A DNA stretch of 64,000 nucleotides, from contig JALDZS010000128.1 of assembly GCA_022813965.1 (NCBI GenBank), forward strand, positions 1 to 64,000. The letters are read 5' to 3'. This document shows positions 1-12,426 of this stretch, piece by piece. The notes below the pieces were generated by a model. It did no database searches. It had not been told where the DNA came from and was given only the letters and a program-made list of their open reading frames with translations. Position 1 is the first letter of the stretch; each line of letters starts with the position of its first letter. The stretch is from Toensbergia leucococca. Lineage: Eukaryota. The translations under genes and the position numbers were made by a program.

Positions 1-616
1 GAGTCACACATTCTTTATTAGAGTCCATAGCAGAGTATTACAGTCTTTTGTATATGGAAATATCATTGTAACGAAACTTTTTCTCCATGATCCAACAATT
101 TTTGAATCTGCGGCAGAGAAATGTTAAAACGAAAATGAGAAATGGTCAAGCTATACAATATTGACACCTTTGTTGACTAGAAGAATAGGGAGTCTGTAGC
201 AAGTGATGTCAATATACCATGTCTGAACTTTATCAGACATGGTATATTGACAAGCACAGAACTCAGAGAGGTGGTAAGTTTAATTGTTGAGATTTCATAT
301 AGTCTGCTATCTATATCTATTTCTTCCACCCAAGTTCACGATATCCCCCCCTTTTTTTCAAAGCTGATGGGGTGTGTCCATGGTCCATGCAATCAGGATG
401 GTTTGTTCAACAGGTGGTGATTGAATTATCAGGAGAGGGGGGTAGGGGAGTGGACTTTGTTGATTCGATAATGTAAAATGCATGATAGATCAAAGAAAAA
501 CAGAACCCAAAAAAAATTCCCAAACATCCAACCCCCTGACAAAAAAGCCCCGAAGCCGCCACCTCTCTCAAATCCAACAAAGATCCCAACCCAGGCACAA
601 ACAAATACAAAGCCTC

Positions 617-1663
617 CTACCGATACCCATGCCCCCCTCCCGAGCGCAGCCCCATGACCCCAGCCGCCCAGCACGAATAGCAATTACAAGCCCGACAAAC
701 AGGGCAACTGCGTCGCTGTTCCGCGCGATCTTGGGTCGCGAACCAGGGGTTGATGCAGTCGCTGCAGAAGCGGTGTTTGCAGCCCAGGACCGTTACGCTG
801 CTCTGGGAATTGATGTCTTGGTAGCAGATGGGGCATTTGTTGGGTTCTGGAGTCGCTAAGGAGGGTGTGGGGTTGTGGCGATGATGGCTGCTTGATGGGA
901 CGGGTGGTGAGGGGGTGGGAGGGAGGACCTGTGAGGGTGTTAGCGAGGGGGATGGAGATGGGGGTGGGGTTGGCGTTGTTGGGGTGTGGTTTGCTGGATT
1001 GGGGTTTCTGCCCCTTGTGTACAGTTGCGACATCATGTTGTTGACCACGACGGTGGTGGAAGATTCTATCTGCAGTTTTGCCATGTTGGCTATTGGTTGG
1101 TTTGCTCCGAGAGTGTCTATCTGCTCGAAAGCGGCGGTTATGGTCTGTTGTATCTCCTCACAGGCTCGATTCTTGACCGCGTTGATGGCCATCATGGTAG
1201 CACTAGTCTCTGTGTGCTGTGTTGCCTGAATAGCCTCAGTGACCTTGGAAGCAACTGTTGCCCGCATCGTGCCGTCGGCCTCCTTAGCTATTGAAGTAGC
1301 GACGGTCATCTGCTGGGCTGCCTCGTCCCCAAGATGTAACCTTATCATATTAGCTCTTATATTCTCTACCTCTTCAAGCCATTGGCTGACGAAAGTTGCA
1401 GCTTCAAGTCGGTGGAACGATCTGCATAGAAGCAGCGAAGCGATTTCCTCGAAGTGCTCTCGGAAGCTGGCTGTCAATATGTTCAACCAGCTGATTTCGT
1501 CAAGCATTCTTAACGCTCTTGCACAATCACTGGATGTGATGTGGTGCTGGCATATTCTCCGTCCGTGTATAACATGGCTGATACAGGTATGTGGTTGTCC
1601 CACGGGAGAGTCTTCGATTCCGAGAACTTCAAAAGCGTCCCATGATTGATAGGATGTCGACAT
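617..1663 (-). CDS. RING-finger (C3HC4) domain protein, putative E3 ligase
   Basis: Single-exon ORF from ATG 1663. C-terminal CPIC..CKHRFCSDC..CPVCR RING motif follows a Pro/Ser/Thr linker. N-terminal Cys/His cluster (CISH..RRIC..LLCRSFH). Confidence 0.75.
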   Translation of the reverse strand: MSTSYQSWDAFEVLGIEDSPVGQPHTCISHVIHGRRICQHHITSSDCARALRMLDEISWLNILTASFREHFEEIASLLLCRSFHRLEAATFVSQWLEEVENIRANMIRLHLGDEAAQQMTVATSIAKEADGTMRATVASKVTEAIQATQHTETSATMMAINAVKNRACEEIQQTITAAFEQIDTLGANQPIANMAKLQIESSTTVVVNNMMSQLYTRGRNPNPANHTPTTPTPPPSPSPSLTPSQVLPPTPSPPVPSSSHHRHNPTPSLATPEPNKCPICYQDINSQSSVTVLGCKHRFCSDCINPWFATQDRAEQRRSCPVCRACNCYSCWAAGVMGLRSGGGHGYR

Positions 1664-2107
1664 GATGGTGTTTGTGAGTGGGTGTTGCAAGGTTCAAAGA
1701 AAGTGAACGAAGTAGAAGGAATTACATTGCTTAAATATTGATCACTGAGTAGAAGAGTTGATCACTGAACAAAAGCGTTGATACTTTGAGGCTGATTGTT
1801 GGTAGAGACAATGAGCATGAACAATGTTAGCTCGTGCAGCCGGGATGTGGAAGTAAATTTCTTGATTTCATGTAGTCTATAGCCTAATTTGCACTTCTTT
1901 CACCAAGTTCCGTGGACGTTGGGCGACATGATGTACCCTTCTCAAGGCCAATGGGCCAATCTTCTATCTTCTAGCTTGGATTTGTTCCCAAATGCCTTGG
2001 ATCAGGGCCTCGATGGGAACATTCTGCTTCGGTGAATGTCGACGGAACAATCCATCTTATCAAGTCTAGATAGAGTACAGCCAAGACGGTCATAATGGGT
2101 TCAGACA

Positions 2108-2633
2108 TCAATCCTCGGGTGCGTTGAAGGGGTTTTCGATCTGCTCGCTGCCGTCCAACGGGGATATCATGACTAGTAAGGTTCCGCGAGCGACGATGAG
2201 ACCCAGCGAGCGAGTAGATTCGTTCCCCTCGTCATCTGCAATAGAACGTCAGTGATGAAACCTTTGTAAACATACTGACCAAGTACAGAACGGACCTCTG
2301 AATAGCTCTTTTACATCATCAAGCACTAGGTTCATAAGCTGATCGTAGCCTTTCAAGGTACCGACGACTGGGTAATCAATTAATTAGAACAGCATTCGGT
2401 ACATCATCTTACATGACAAACTGACCTTCTCGGCCTCCATTGAACTTGACGGTGATTTCCTTATCCATGTACTTGGTGAGATCTAGGATGTTTTCCTTTT
2501 TGGGTTTCTCTGCCTGCTGGCCGCCATGAGCTCCACCTCTGGCTCCTCCACCGCGAGCACCCCTGTGATCTCCTCCCGAAGCGCCTCCTCCCCTACCACC
2601 GCCTCTTCCTCGGAAATTACCTCTCTCTGACAT
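2108..2633 (-). CDS. LSM7: U6 snRNA-associated Sm-like protein LSm7
   Basis: 3 exons (2426-2633, ~2297-2367, 2108-~2235) with GT-AG introns. RGG N-terminus, then KKENILDLTKYMDK..FNGGREV.GTLKGYDQLMNLVLD..RSLGLIVARG..ENPF. Confidence 0.95.
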
Positions 2634-3130
2634 TTAATAGCATAGAAGAAGTGGGGCGTTCAGCCAGAAGTGGAAGGCACAGGAGGCGCTGCCTTCGGAC
2701 ATGCATGGTGGGAAAAGGAAAGCGAGCCGACTTCCGTCCGTAAGGTACCACGTACTGAGGGATCCGTATTCGGTATTCCGTACTCCCCGCCTACCCTCGC
2801 TCCTCGCTTCCTCGGGTAGACACCACTGCTCCAACTTTTGCTTTCCAGCCCGCCCTTCCCCTTCCTTCCACACGGCGCTCCATTACTGGTGACCATTCGA
2901 GCCTGATTGTCCCCCCCCCTCTTTTCACTTCGCCTACTGCATCCTACTTTTCAACTCAAATCCCAACATAAATCACCGAATGAAACACATATCCCGTTTC
3001 CGATTCCGCCTTCTGCTGCTGCGGATAACTACAAGATACTTCCGGAAACCCGACTTGTTTGCTGGAAAACCCGCATTTTGCGGCTCCGCTTGCCTTGTTT
3101 AATCAATCCAGCTCTGGAGCTACCATCATC

Positions 3131-5121
3131 ATGGACCTTTTGGATACCACTTTGTCCATGGCAGAAACCAATAAACGAAAGCGGAGCCCGTCAGATGCGC
3201 CGACATTACCGGCGAAAGCTGCCAAAACACATTCAAATCACTTACAGATCAACTACCTTGCGCGACAATACTCAGAGATTCTACCGCTTATATCTGCTGA
3301 TGATCCACTGCCTTCCCTCCTATCCTTGGTGGCAGACTACGATGGCGTCCTCCAGAGACATGAGAGCATGGCTGGTAACCTAGGAGCAAGACCCTTGGGG
3401 CCCATCTTGGTCAAAAGATTTGAGAGACTCTTTGACGGACCACCCAGAGTATTAAAGTCTCATGGAAAAGAGGGGACAACCGTTGGTTGGTTGGACGTGG
3501 TGGACTTTGCAAAGAACAAGCCCGAACAGTTCAATTTAGAAAAAATGAGGGACGGTGTCCGAGTCTGCCAGTTTTATACCAAGCAGAGTCGCGTTGAGAT
3601 TTCCGAAGAAGATTACCAACTGATAGCTTCAGGAATGCCGCAAAAGCTCATTCCGCCCCAACCGATTATCGAGGACGAGGAGAAAGAACTAGGCACATTG
3701 GAAATACTGGAGAAGAACCTTGGGCACGTAGTGCAGCTTGCTGATCAAGGTAGCTGATTCTTCATCTATACTAGCGATACATAAAGGTTAATTAGTGAAT
3801 AGTGTCAGCTCGAGCCCGGCAATTAAATCATAGGCTAAAGAATCGGAAAAATGCAATAATCAGCAGGAGAGAAGCAGAAGCGACAACGACTGAAGAAATG
3901 GCCATTTCAAGCTCCATCACATCCGGTAGCCACCGCATGACTGAAAGGGGGGGATCATTGTTCGAAAGCAATGGAGACCAGCGAGCCTCCGTCTCACCCA
4001 CTTCTGGATTCGTTGCCGTGAACTCTCGCCAGCAGGCTACGAACGAAGATTCCTCCCATCATGACAGCCACCAGCTCTCGCACGAGCAATTGCGAAACGC
4101 CAACGTGACCATTATCAACGGTACATCCCTCCATGGGGCATCGGCAGCGACACGTGCTGAGCTTCTCAGCAAGTTCTACACCAACAGCGAACGGACCGCC
4201 TCCATGGATCAAGATCCTGTAAGGAGAAACTCGGCCATCCTCTCGCGCCCATCCACTGCCCACAAGCCGAAGCCCAAAACCGCTTCCGAACCCGTTGACT
4301 ACGCCTCTATCCTCCTGAACTCGGCTTCACCTGTCCCAATCCCCAACACCCCCAGCTCTCTCCTCCCATATACTAAACCCTCGCCAGCCGAACGCTTCGA
4401 CGACAGTGGTCCTTACAAAACCGAAATGGTAGCCCGAATGGAGCAACTCCAACGCGGCGACCGTATCCAACCCCCTTGTGACCGCTGCCGCAGACTGCAC
4501 ATGGACTGCCTCAAAAATCTGACAGCCTGCATGGGCTGCACCAAGAAACATGCCAAGTGCTCCTGGAAAGACGTCCGCGACGAAGAACTCCGAGACAATC
4601 CCTTCATCCCCCACGCCCCTAGAGATGACGACCTCGACCCAATGACTGACAGAGACGACTACCACCGTTCCACCCCGTCCGCCGCCGATATTCAGCGCCG
4701 CGCCTACAGTAGAGATACACAGCTCGGCGTCCGCGACGAAGAACTCCTCGGCGAAGACGGCTCCTTAGACGATGACCTCGACCAGAGGGACCAATCCACC
4801 TCCATGATTCCCCATCCCACTGACCAAACCCCCTTTCAATCCCCGGACCCACTTCCCGCATCGCTCCACCCACCGCCCATCTCTCCACCGCCGCACGCGT
4901 CCCTAACCCCTTCCCCTGAAACAAAACATCCAGACACAGCTTATGAAACGCGCCCTTTCGAAAGCATAAACGATAATCAGACGGTAGAAATGCCAGCAGC
5001 TGCGAAGAACATTTTTGTGCAGATGAAGGGTGCCGCCGAGGAGAGGACTCGTGTTCAGGAGGCGGCAGCCGGTGCGAGAGAGTTGGAGGGGCGGGAAGGG
5101 AAGGAATGGATTGGGGAGTGA
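3131..5121 (+). CDS. Zn(II)2Cys6-like zinc-cluster domain protein (fungal-specific)
   Basis: Two ORFs joined by intron ~3750-3802 (GTAGCT..ATAG). C6 motif PPCDRCRRLHMDCLKNLTACMGCTKKHAKCSW lies in the C-terminal half. NLS-like KRKR. Start could be 3131 or 3158. Confidence 0.8.
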
Positions 5122-7768
5122 GTGTTGATTGAAGGAGTGGAGAGTGCAGTGCCGTGGATGCAAAGAGGAGGATTTATGTTTTTGTTGGATGTTTTCTTCC
5201 CTCTATATTTATTTTCGTGGTTGGGGAAAGGGTTGGGGGGGGGGTTTGGTAGGATGGATATGGGGAATACGTATGTATACATATGCTGATGGGCGATATT
5301 CATGAGGGGCTTTTCTGTTTGAATGTTTTTGATGCTATGTTACAAGAGGAAAGATTTAGATATGCACGGATGGGAGGAATGGCGGGGAAATGGGGGGAAT
5401 GGGGGGGACACATGGGGGGGGCGCTACGTATACACTTGTACTACTATCAACGCTTTTTTTTTCTTTTCTTGTGATGAATTTGTTTTTTTTATTTTCGATT
5501 CGGGTTGAGGTAGTCTGGGTATATGAGAGATTTATTTAGCCAAGTTCTTTTTTGAAATGGTTTGGACTTTTTTTTGGGTTGATTGTTGACTGATTTTACG
5601 CTTTCGTTTTGTTGGTTTTGGGGGGGGGGGGTTTTGGTGTGAGGTGAGTTGGTGGAGGATTGGGTAGTTGGGTTTTTGTAGATTTTGATGTGGTTTTTTT
5701 GAATGCATTCGGCAACTTTTTTGAGGGTGTGAGGAGGTTGTGTGAAGTTTTGTGTGAGGAGAGGTTGGGTGTGATCTGGATTATTGTAAGGGTTACTGAC
5801 TGACGGGAGGGGAAGTTTGGTGAGAGAATGAATTAAGGCTGTTTTGAGGAGAGGTGATTGGTCTGGAGGTTGAATGGCACTTGGATTGACTAAGCAGGTT
5901 CGATAGGGATTTTAGATCTAGATATTACTTTGTCATTTTCTCGGACATGTGGGTGGTGGCGGGTGAGTAAAAGTATGAGTGCGCTTTTTACGATCGATTT
6001 CTCAATCTTGGTAGGATCGAGACTTGATCTTGGTACTCTTGATTTCTCAATCTTGGTACTCTTGTTCTGAGTCATGGCAGGATAAGGTGAGGGGGAAGCA
6101 CCCTTGCTGATGGTGTGAGATATTCTGACTTTGTGAAGAGTGAATGTTTATGAGACATCCCTTGCACACAACAGCGGCGGCTGAAGTGTGAAGGATTGAA
6201 TGTACAAGTGAGTATTGGGGTGGATGAATGAGATGCTGGGTCTGGTATAAAAATGGAAGGTTGATAACCGCGTTTCTTGACTTATCTGCTCTCGAAATAC
6301 ATCAGATTGTTTTCCTTTTTCGAATCAGCATCGAGCCATGGACAACGTCACCGTCATCCTGATCTTCGTGTTCGTGGTGTTTGGACTTGGGGTTTTGTGG
6401 GTGGTTTTGAGGCTTTTGGGGGTGAGGCCGGAAAATTGGGGGAAATCGGGTTCGGGCTCGAGATGGACTGAGGGGTAGATGGGCCATGGGACATTGATCT
6501 GACACGGTTTAGATCGGTGTGGGGGTGTGTGTGCCATGTTTGAGAGGGGATATGTCATTGCGTGCTTTTGGAGGGTGGTCGTCTGGGGGAAATCGAGACA
6601 GCTTGTGATGCCGCCGGCTTTGTGTCCCATCCTGATCACAGTGGCTGGCTGATTCGGCATGGAACATGCGGCCTTTTATGCCAGTGTAACATGTCTATTG
6701 TGCACGATGGACGGAATTAGGATTTTTTCTGTCATTAATTAAAGTCTCCGGTTCCTGGCATACTTTAGCTCGAGATGTTGGTCAGGTAAGGTGGTAGTCG
6801 GGTACCGAAGTTTGCTTCTTGGTAGCCACAAGGCAAAGTATGATCTCGCGAGGCTGCTGTTCTGAATCGAAGTGTCTTGCCGGCCAGGTGATTCAGCCGC
6901 CTGATTCAGATAGAACATAGGTACCGAGCAGGAGTGTCGATGCAGCCAAACAATGATTAAGGTAGCGGACTTGGGATGTCCGGGCGATCAAGGTCTTTTT
7001 GCTCCGGTATACTCCGTATAACATTGCATTGTTCTAACAGTATGATCTACATTACCTTACCTATGCAAAGACCGGCATCATAAGCCATAATATGGTGGGT
7101 CTAATCTATCTTACACGAGAAATTCGCAAATGATCAAACAATACCTATTAGTCTTCTTTGACTATTCTTTGACTAGTGTAATTGGGGCTGGAAACGTGGG
7201 CCAATATTGGAGTAATATACGTTAACTTCACGGGTGAGAGACGGCCTTTAATTGTCTATTTGGCCTGATTAGGGCTAGGTGAGGATCTTGGACACTATTA
7301 CGGTCTAGATGTCGTCAAGGGTCGGGGATGGTGACATATGCACGCTTGGCTAGCTGCGCCCAGCTGCAATCAACTTTAGGCGGAGGAGGGAGGATACGAG
7401 TATTGTTTAGTCTTCACCGTATGTAAGGTAGCTCGGTAGGTAGGGATAACCTAAGATCTTGCTCGTATTTGCCTACCAATCTTTGCCTTTCGCATCCTCT
7501 GTTACTAATCCCATTTCTGTCAGTAAATGTCAGCCACGGCCAACCAATGTCCGCTGCTTCTAATACCACGCTCCCTTAAATATAACTTTCTCTCTGCCCG
7601 CTCTGCCCATCAATGCAGCCAGTCCAGTCCAACGTCCAACATCCAACAACATGTGGCCTTCAACAGCAATGTTCTTAGCATATATGCCCACGCTGATTCG
7701 CAATGTTTCGTGATGTTTACATCTTCTGGAGGAATCCGCTGTATCGTTGGTTAATCCGAGTAGCTCTC

Positions 7769-9388
7769 ATGGATTCCAAACTCAGGCGTGCACCTGCCCA
7801 CAGTACTTTTAAAAAATTATGCTTTGTCACCGTCATCCTCTTCGTTCTATACCAGCTGCATAACAGCCATACTGTCTCGCGAAGATACATTTCACTACTT
7901 TCCGATTCCGACCCCGCATGTAAGCCGATTGCACTCCCTCCTACCCGACGTTCCGTTCGAATAGTCAAAGACACATGGACACGTCTTCAAGACCTATTCG
8001 ACTCTCATCGACCCCAGCCAGATTTGGGTAGAGGCACCTTTCCAGGTGGGGAGCTCGTCGAGATCACCGTCGACCTTCTCAATGATTTCCTACCCATAAC
8101 CGCCTCAGAGGCAGCCGAAGTCCGATCTATGCACGCCGATTTAGTCAAGAGGTTGCCTGACTATCCCATGAATGCTTACGAGGGACGTGGCGTTGTCATG
8201 GTTGCTGGTGGGAAGCACTCGGAATATGTAACGACGTCATTAGGAATGCTACGTCTAGTCGGTAGTAAACTACCGGTTGAGGTATGGATGCTGGATCAGT
8301 CCGAAGAGAAAGAAGGCTGGTGTGCAGAGCTTGCAGAGGAGGGAGTTACTTGTCGCCATTTGAGTGATTTTGTCAATCCTTCGACAAGCTTCAAGCACCC
8401 GTTTCAGTACAAGCTGGCTGCTATGTTCTTCTCATCTTTCCAAGAGGTTCTCTATCTGGATAGTGACAGCATTCCCGTCATCAATCCTGATGCAGTGTTT
8501 GACTCAAAAGCGTTCCAGGAAACTGGAGCCGTTCTATGGCCGGATTACTGGAGATCCACCGAGTCACCGTGGACTTCTTACATTACCGGTGCGAGCGACA
8601 GGCAGAGTGAGGAAATCCCTAAGAAGCGAACTGTTGATTCCGGTCAGATGCTGTGGGACAAGAAACGACAATGGAAGGTAACACTCCACCCCAACAGTAT
8701 ACCTACTTAGGCCACGCTGACATATTGATCCTAGGCTCTCTGTCTCTGTGCCTACTACAACCAGCATGGTCCCAACTATTTCTACTCTCTGATCACTCAA
8801 GGTGGCCCCGGCTGGGGTGATAAGGATACGTTTCCTACAGCCCTCCGTGCTGCCTCTGCTCCTTGGACTCTGGTCCCTCATAATATTTTCATAATCTACT
8901 ACAATGATGGCAACGACTCGCCAAAGGGCACAGGAATGTCTATGATGCAAGCAGATCCTTCTGACGAGGACCACAGACGCCCACTTTTTCTACACAGCAA
9001 TTTTGTCAAGGCTAGTGTTCGTCGTCTCATGTGCGATGAGTGTGTCGAAGAAGAGTATGCACTCACCCCGGCCCAACGAGGGACGGGCGAGCGCGTCACA
9101 TTCCTTGGAAGTGTCAATAATACAAATAGCCCGATTTATTCGAATCTTAACCTGGGACAGAGGATCTACGCTATCAAGGGAAAATCAGGAATGGCTGTCA
9201 CGGGCGTGGATCCAGAACCAGACATGTGGCGAGTGATGGAACGTGTCGCATGTGTCGGCGTCTGGAGCGAACCAGGTCTATGCGCAAGGACGAGGATCCA
9301 TTTGAAGGAGACATTTGGATTAATTGGAGGCTGGAGAGGAAACACTGGGCATCGGTGCGATAAGCTAAAGACAAAACGCTGGATGTGA
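7769..9388 (+). CDS. Alpha-1,2-mannosyltransferase, GT71 (Mnn2/Mnn5-like)
   Basis: Type II TM helix; motifs GRGVVMVAGG, LPVEVW, YLDSD (DxD), LWPDYW, GDKDTF. Intron 8678-8734. Alternative start at 7703. Confidence 0.88.
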
Positions 9389-10080
9389 AATACATCAAAG
9401 GCCCGGCAAAAATCCTCGAAAAAGGCTGGGAGTTTGTGAAATTATTTGAACGTGGGATAACTCATTTCGTTTCGGCAGTATGATACCCCTTTTGCCTGGT
9501 TTAAATCAGAGTTGTTGGCATTCTACGAGACGACATAGATGATAGCATTACCAGGAGTTGTCCGCAGGTACATAGTCTGCTTTTCGATAGATATAGAACT
9601 TCGGGTACCTAGCTTGAGTCTTCTGGTAGAAGAATTACTACACCTTCCATCTTGATTTAGCATCCAGCATTTAATCATCGTCTGAAAGAACCCCGGTATG
9701 AGGAATGGAATGAATCGTCCTCATTTGATGCAGCCCTCATTTTCAATCATCCAGCCCATCGGCACTCAATTCCAAATTCGCGTACAAGTAGAGTAGCTTA
9801 TTCAAATGCGCGATTGGCTCATGGCGATCTTCTGGCCCACCATCTCGCAGTATTAGCTTCAGCCTCCTGTCGACATAAAGTATTGTGTGATTACGCCACC
9901 ATAAGGTGAGATAACGGCAGCATCAGCAGACTTTTGTTAGGAACCTACATACGTGGGATGGACCTATCAAAATCATACAGATGCCCACGCTTATCATGCA
10001 ACGCCAAGGCAGGTACCCACCTCGATCTCCACACCACCATTCTAGTCATGCCCCAAATGAGGTGATCAGCTTCTAAAACA

Positions 10081-11677
10081 ATGCCTCAATCAATCCGCCT
10101 CGCCGTCTCCCAATCCCGTACACTCCACACCAATGCCTCTACGCTCTCAGCCCTATCCGAAACCACTCATGCTGCTGCACGTAAAGGCGTCCACCTCATC
10201 CTCTTCCCCGAAGCCTATATCGGCGGTTATCCCCGCACCTGCACGTTTGGCGCCGCAGTCGGAGCTCGGGACCCTTATGGGCGAGAGCAATTCTTAGAGT
10301 ATTTCCACGCAGCGGCTGATCTAGGGGATACGCCTGTTGGAGCTGGCGAGCAGTGGGTGCAGCGGAGACTGCCGATTGCCAATGGGAGAGAATATAGAGG
10401 TGATGGGACGAGAGAGGAGCTGGAGAAAGTGGCAAGGGATACGGGTGTCTTTGTAGTGACGGGGTTGGTGGAAAGGGCGGGCGGGAGTTTGTATTGTGCT
10501 GTTGTTTATGTTTGTCCGAGAGAGGGGGTCGTGAGGAAGAGACGGAAGGTCATGCCGGTAAGTAATTGTGGGAGTTGGGGATTTACTATTGGCTTTTAGA
10601 GAGAGGGTTTTGAAGAGGGGAGGGATGGGTGACAACTGACTTGTGGGGTATTAGACGGGCAGTGAACGATTGATCTGGGCACAAGGATCACCCTCGACGT
10701 TGAGGGCCATTACCACGGTAATTGCGGGCGTGAAGCTGACTGTGGCTGCGGCAATTTGCTGGGAGAATTACATGCCTCTACTGAGATTCTCACTGTACTC
10801 TCAAAACGTCAATCTATATCTAGCACCTACAGCCGACGCACGAGAGACCTGGCTTCCTTTGATGAGGACAATAGCTAGCGAAGGAAGAGCATTTGTCCTG
10901 AGCGCGAATCAATGCATGAGGAGAAAGAACCTCCCTCTCTGGATCCGAGGGGACTCTCTCCGCCATTCTGAGGCAAAGAATGACAATTCTTTTGCTCCGC
11001 CAGAGAAGCCAGCTAGGCGGGCTTCAATTGTCACGAAAACAGAAGATAATCATGAAATCACCTGGCCTTCCCCAGAAGGTAAACCTCCTCCAAACGTTGT
11101 AGAAGACCAACGCATCTCTCATAGCTTCTCGCCTTTGCGTCATAGCATCGTAGCGAACGACAGTGACCAAAACACCGGAACACCAAGCCCCCCTCCTAGA
11201 CCAAAGGCCATCCGAACTCTGACAGGAGATAATCATGAAATAGCTCTTCCAATTATGAAAGACTCTTCCGTACCCGGTCACGCTTCTGCGATTGACGACG
11301 AAGATAGTGAAGATGCCGAAGCAGTGAAGCCGCTGCCCTCGTTTGGACGACGCATGTCGACGTTGAAGAGAACAGAAGATAACAGGAAAAGTGCAGTATC
11401 CATGCCCGATGGCTCCTCAATACCTACCGATTCTTCAGCAACCAACGAAGATGACGATGACTTCGTCAGTCGAGGGGGTTCCTGCATCATAGGGCCCATG
11501 GGCGAGATTCTCGCGGGACCGCTATGGGATATCGAAGACGGAGGAACGCTGGTTGTGGATGTAGATTTTGAGGATTGTGAGAGGGGAAGATTGGATTTGG
11601 ATGTTGCGGGGAGCTACTCAAGGGGAGATGCATTCAGATTGACCGTTGAAGGGCTTGATATCAATCCTCCACCGTGA
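10081..11677 (+). CDS. Nitrilase (carbon-nitrogen hydrolase) with long internal insertion
   Basis: Catalytic triad motifs FPEAY (E), RRKVMPT (K), ICWENYMP (C); C-terminal [10 protein letters not shown]. Intron ~10558-10654. Confidence 0.92.
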
Positions 11678-12426
11678 AGTATTAAGCCGGGTTCATTCGT
11701 GGCAGTCACTTTTTTTAAAGATTATTTACCGAAATTTATCAATGATACTCTGATGTTCTCATGGTGATGACGGTATTCTAGGTATTTTCAGGGCTCAGAA
11801 ATATTACAAAAGCATGCTGTTTCTTCTAGATATATTGATTCTCAATAGCACATGAATAAAAGAGTAAATGATACGCAATAGGTGTAGAATCATGGTGTTT
11901 CTCTATCTATGTGACGTTACGCCTGCGCTACCTCATCATTGCCCAACTAGGTAATGTGGGAGGGTGGTGTTCACATATCAAAATGAGCCTTCAATACATC
12001 ATTACCCCTAAAAACACCAAACGTGCAAATGATGAGAACGCCTGAGTATCAATGCAAAATTTCAGTAAATAATCTCGAAAACGTGACTGTCCTGGGGCTC
12101 GAACCCTAAGGTAAATCTAGTCGTATCTAGCTTAAAAGTGCCGAGGTATCTTAACGATGATGCATGAACTCAATCTTTTCTCCGACGACAATCAACAGAG
12201 AGCAGAAAATAACACTTGAATTGGTAAAGGGCGAAGGCTTATCCATGTCTGACGCAATCTTCCATTACAACATGAGCTCGACACGAGCTATGTATTCGAT
12301 CGCGGCAGATATCGGCAGTCAACCAATAAATCTTAGGGCCAGCCGGACTCGTCGGATTAGAGTCAGGATGCTATCTAGCTCGTCCGCACTTTCTAGACAT
12401 CGGCGACTCAACCAGAGGATTTGGCA

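Noticed and set aside
5630..6660. Short ORFs, splice-like signals and small direct repeats (gatttctcaatcttggta x2)
   Set aside because: The putative plus-strand exon has stops in all frames and the minus-strand ORFs show no motif. At most a noncoding transcript; not supportable.
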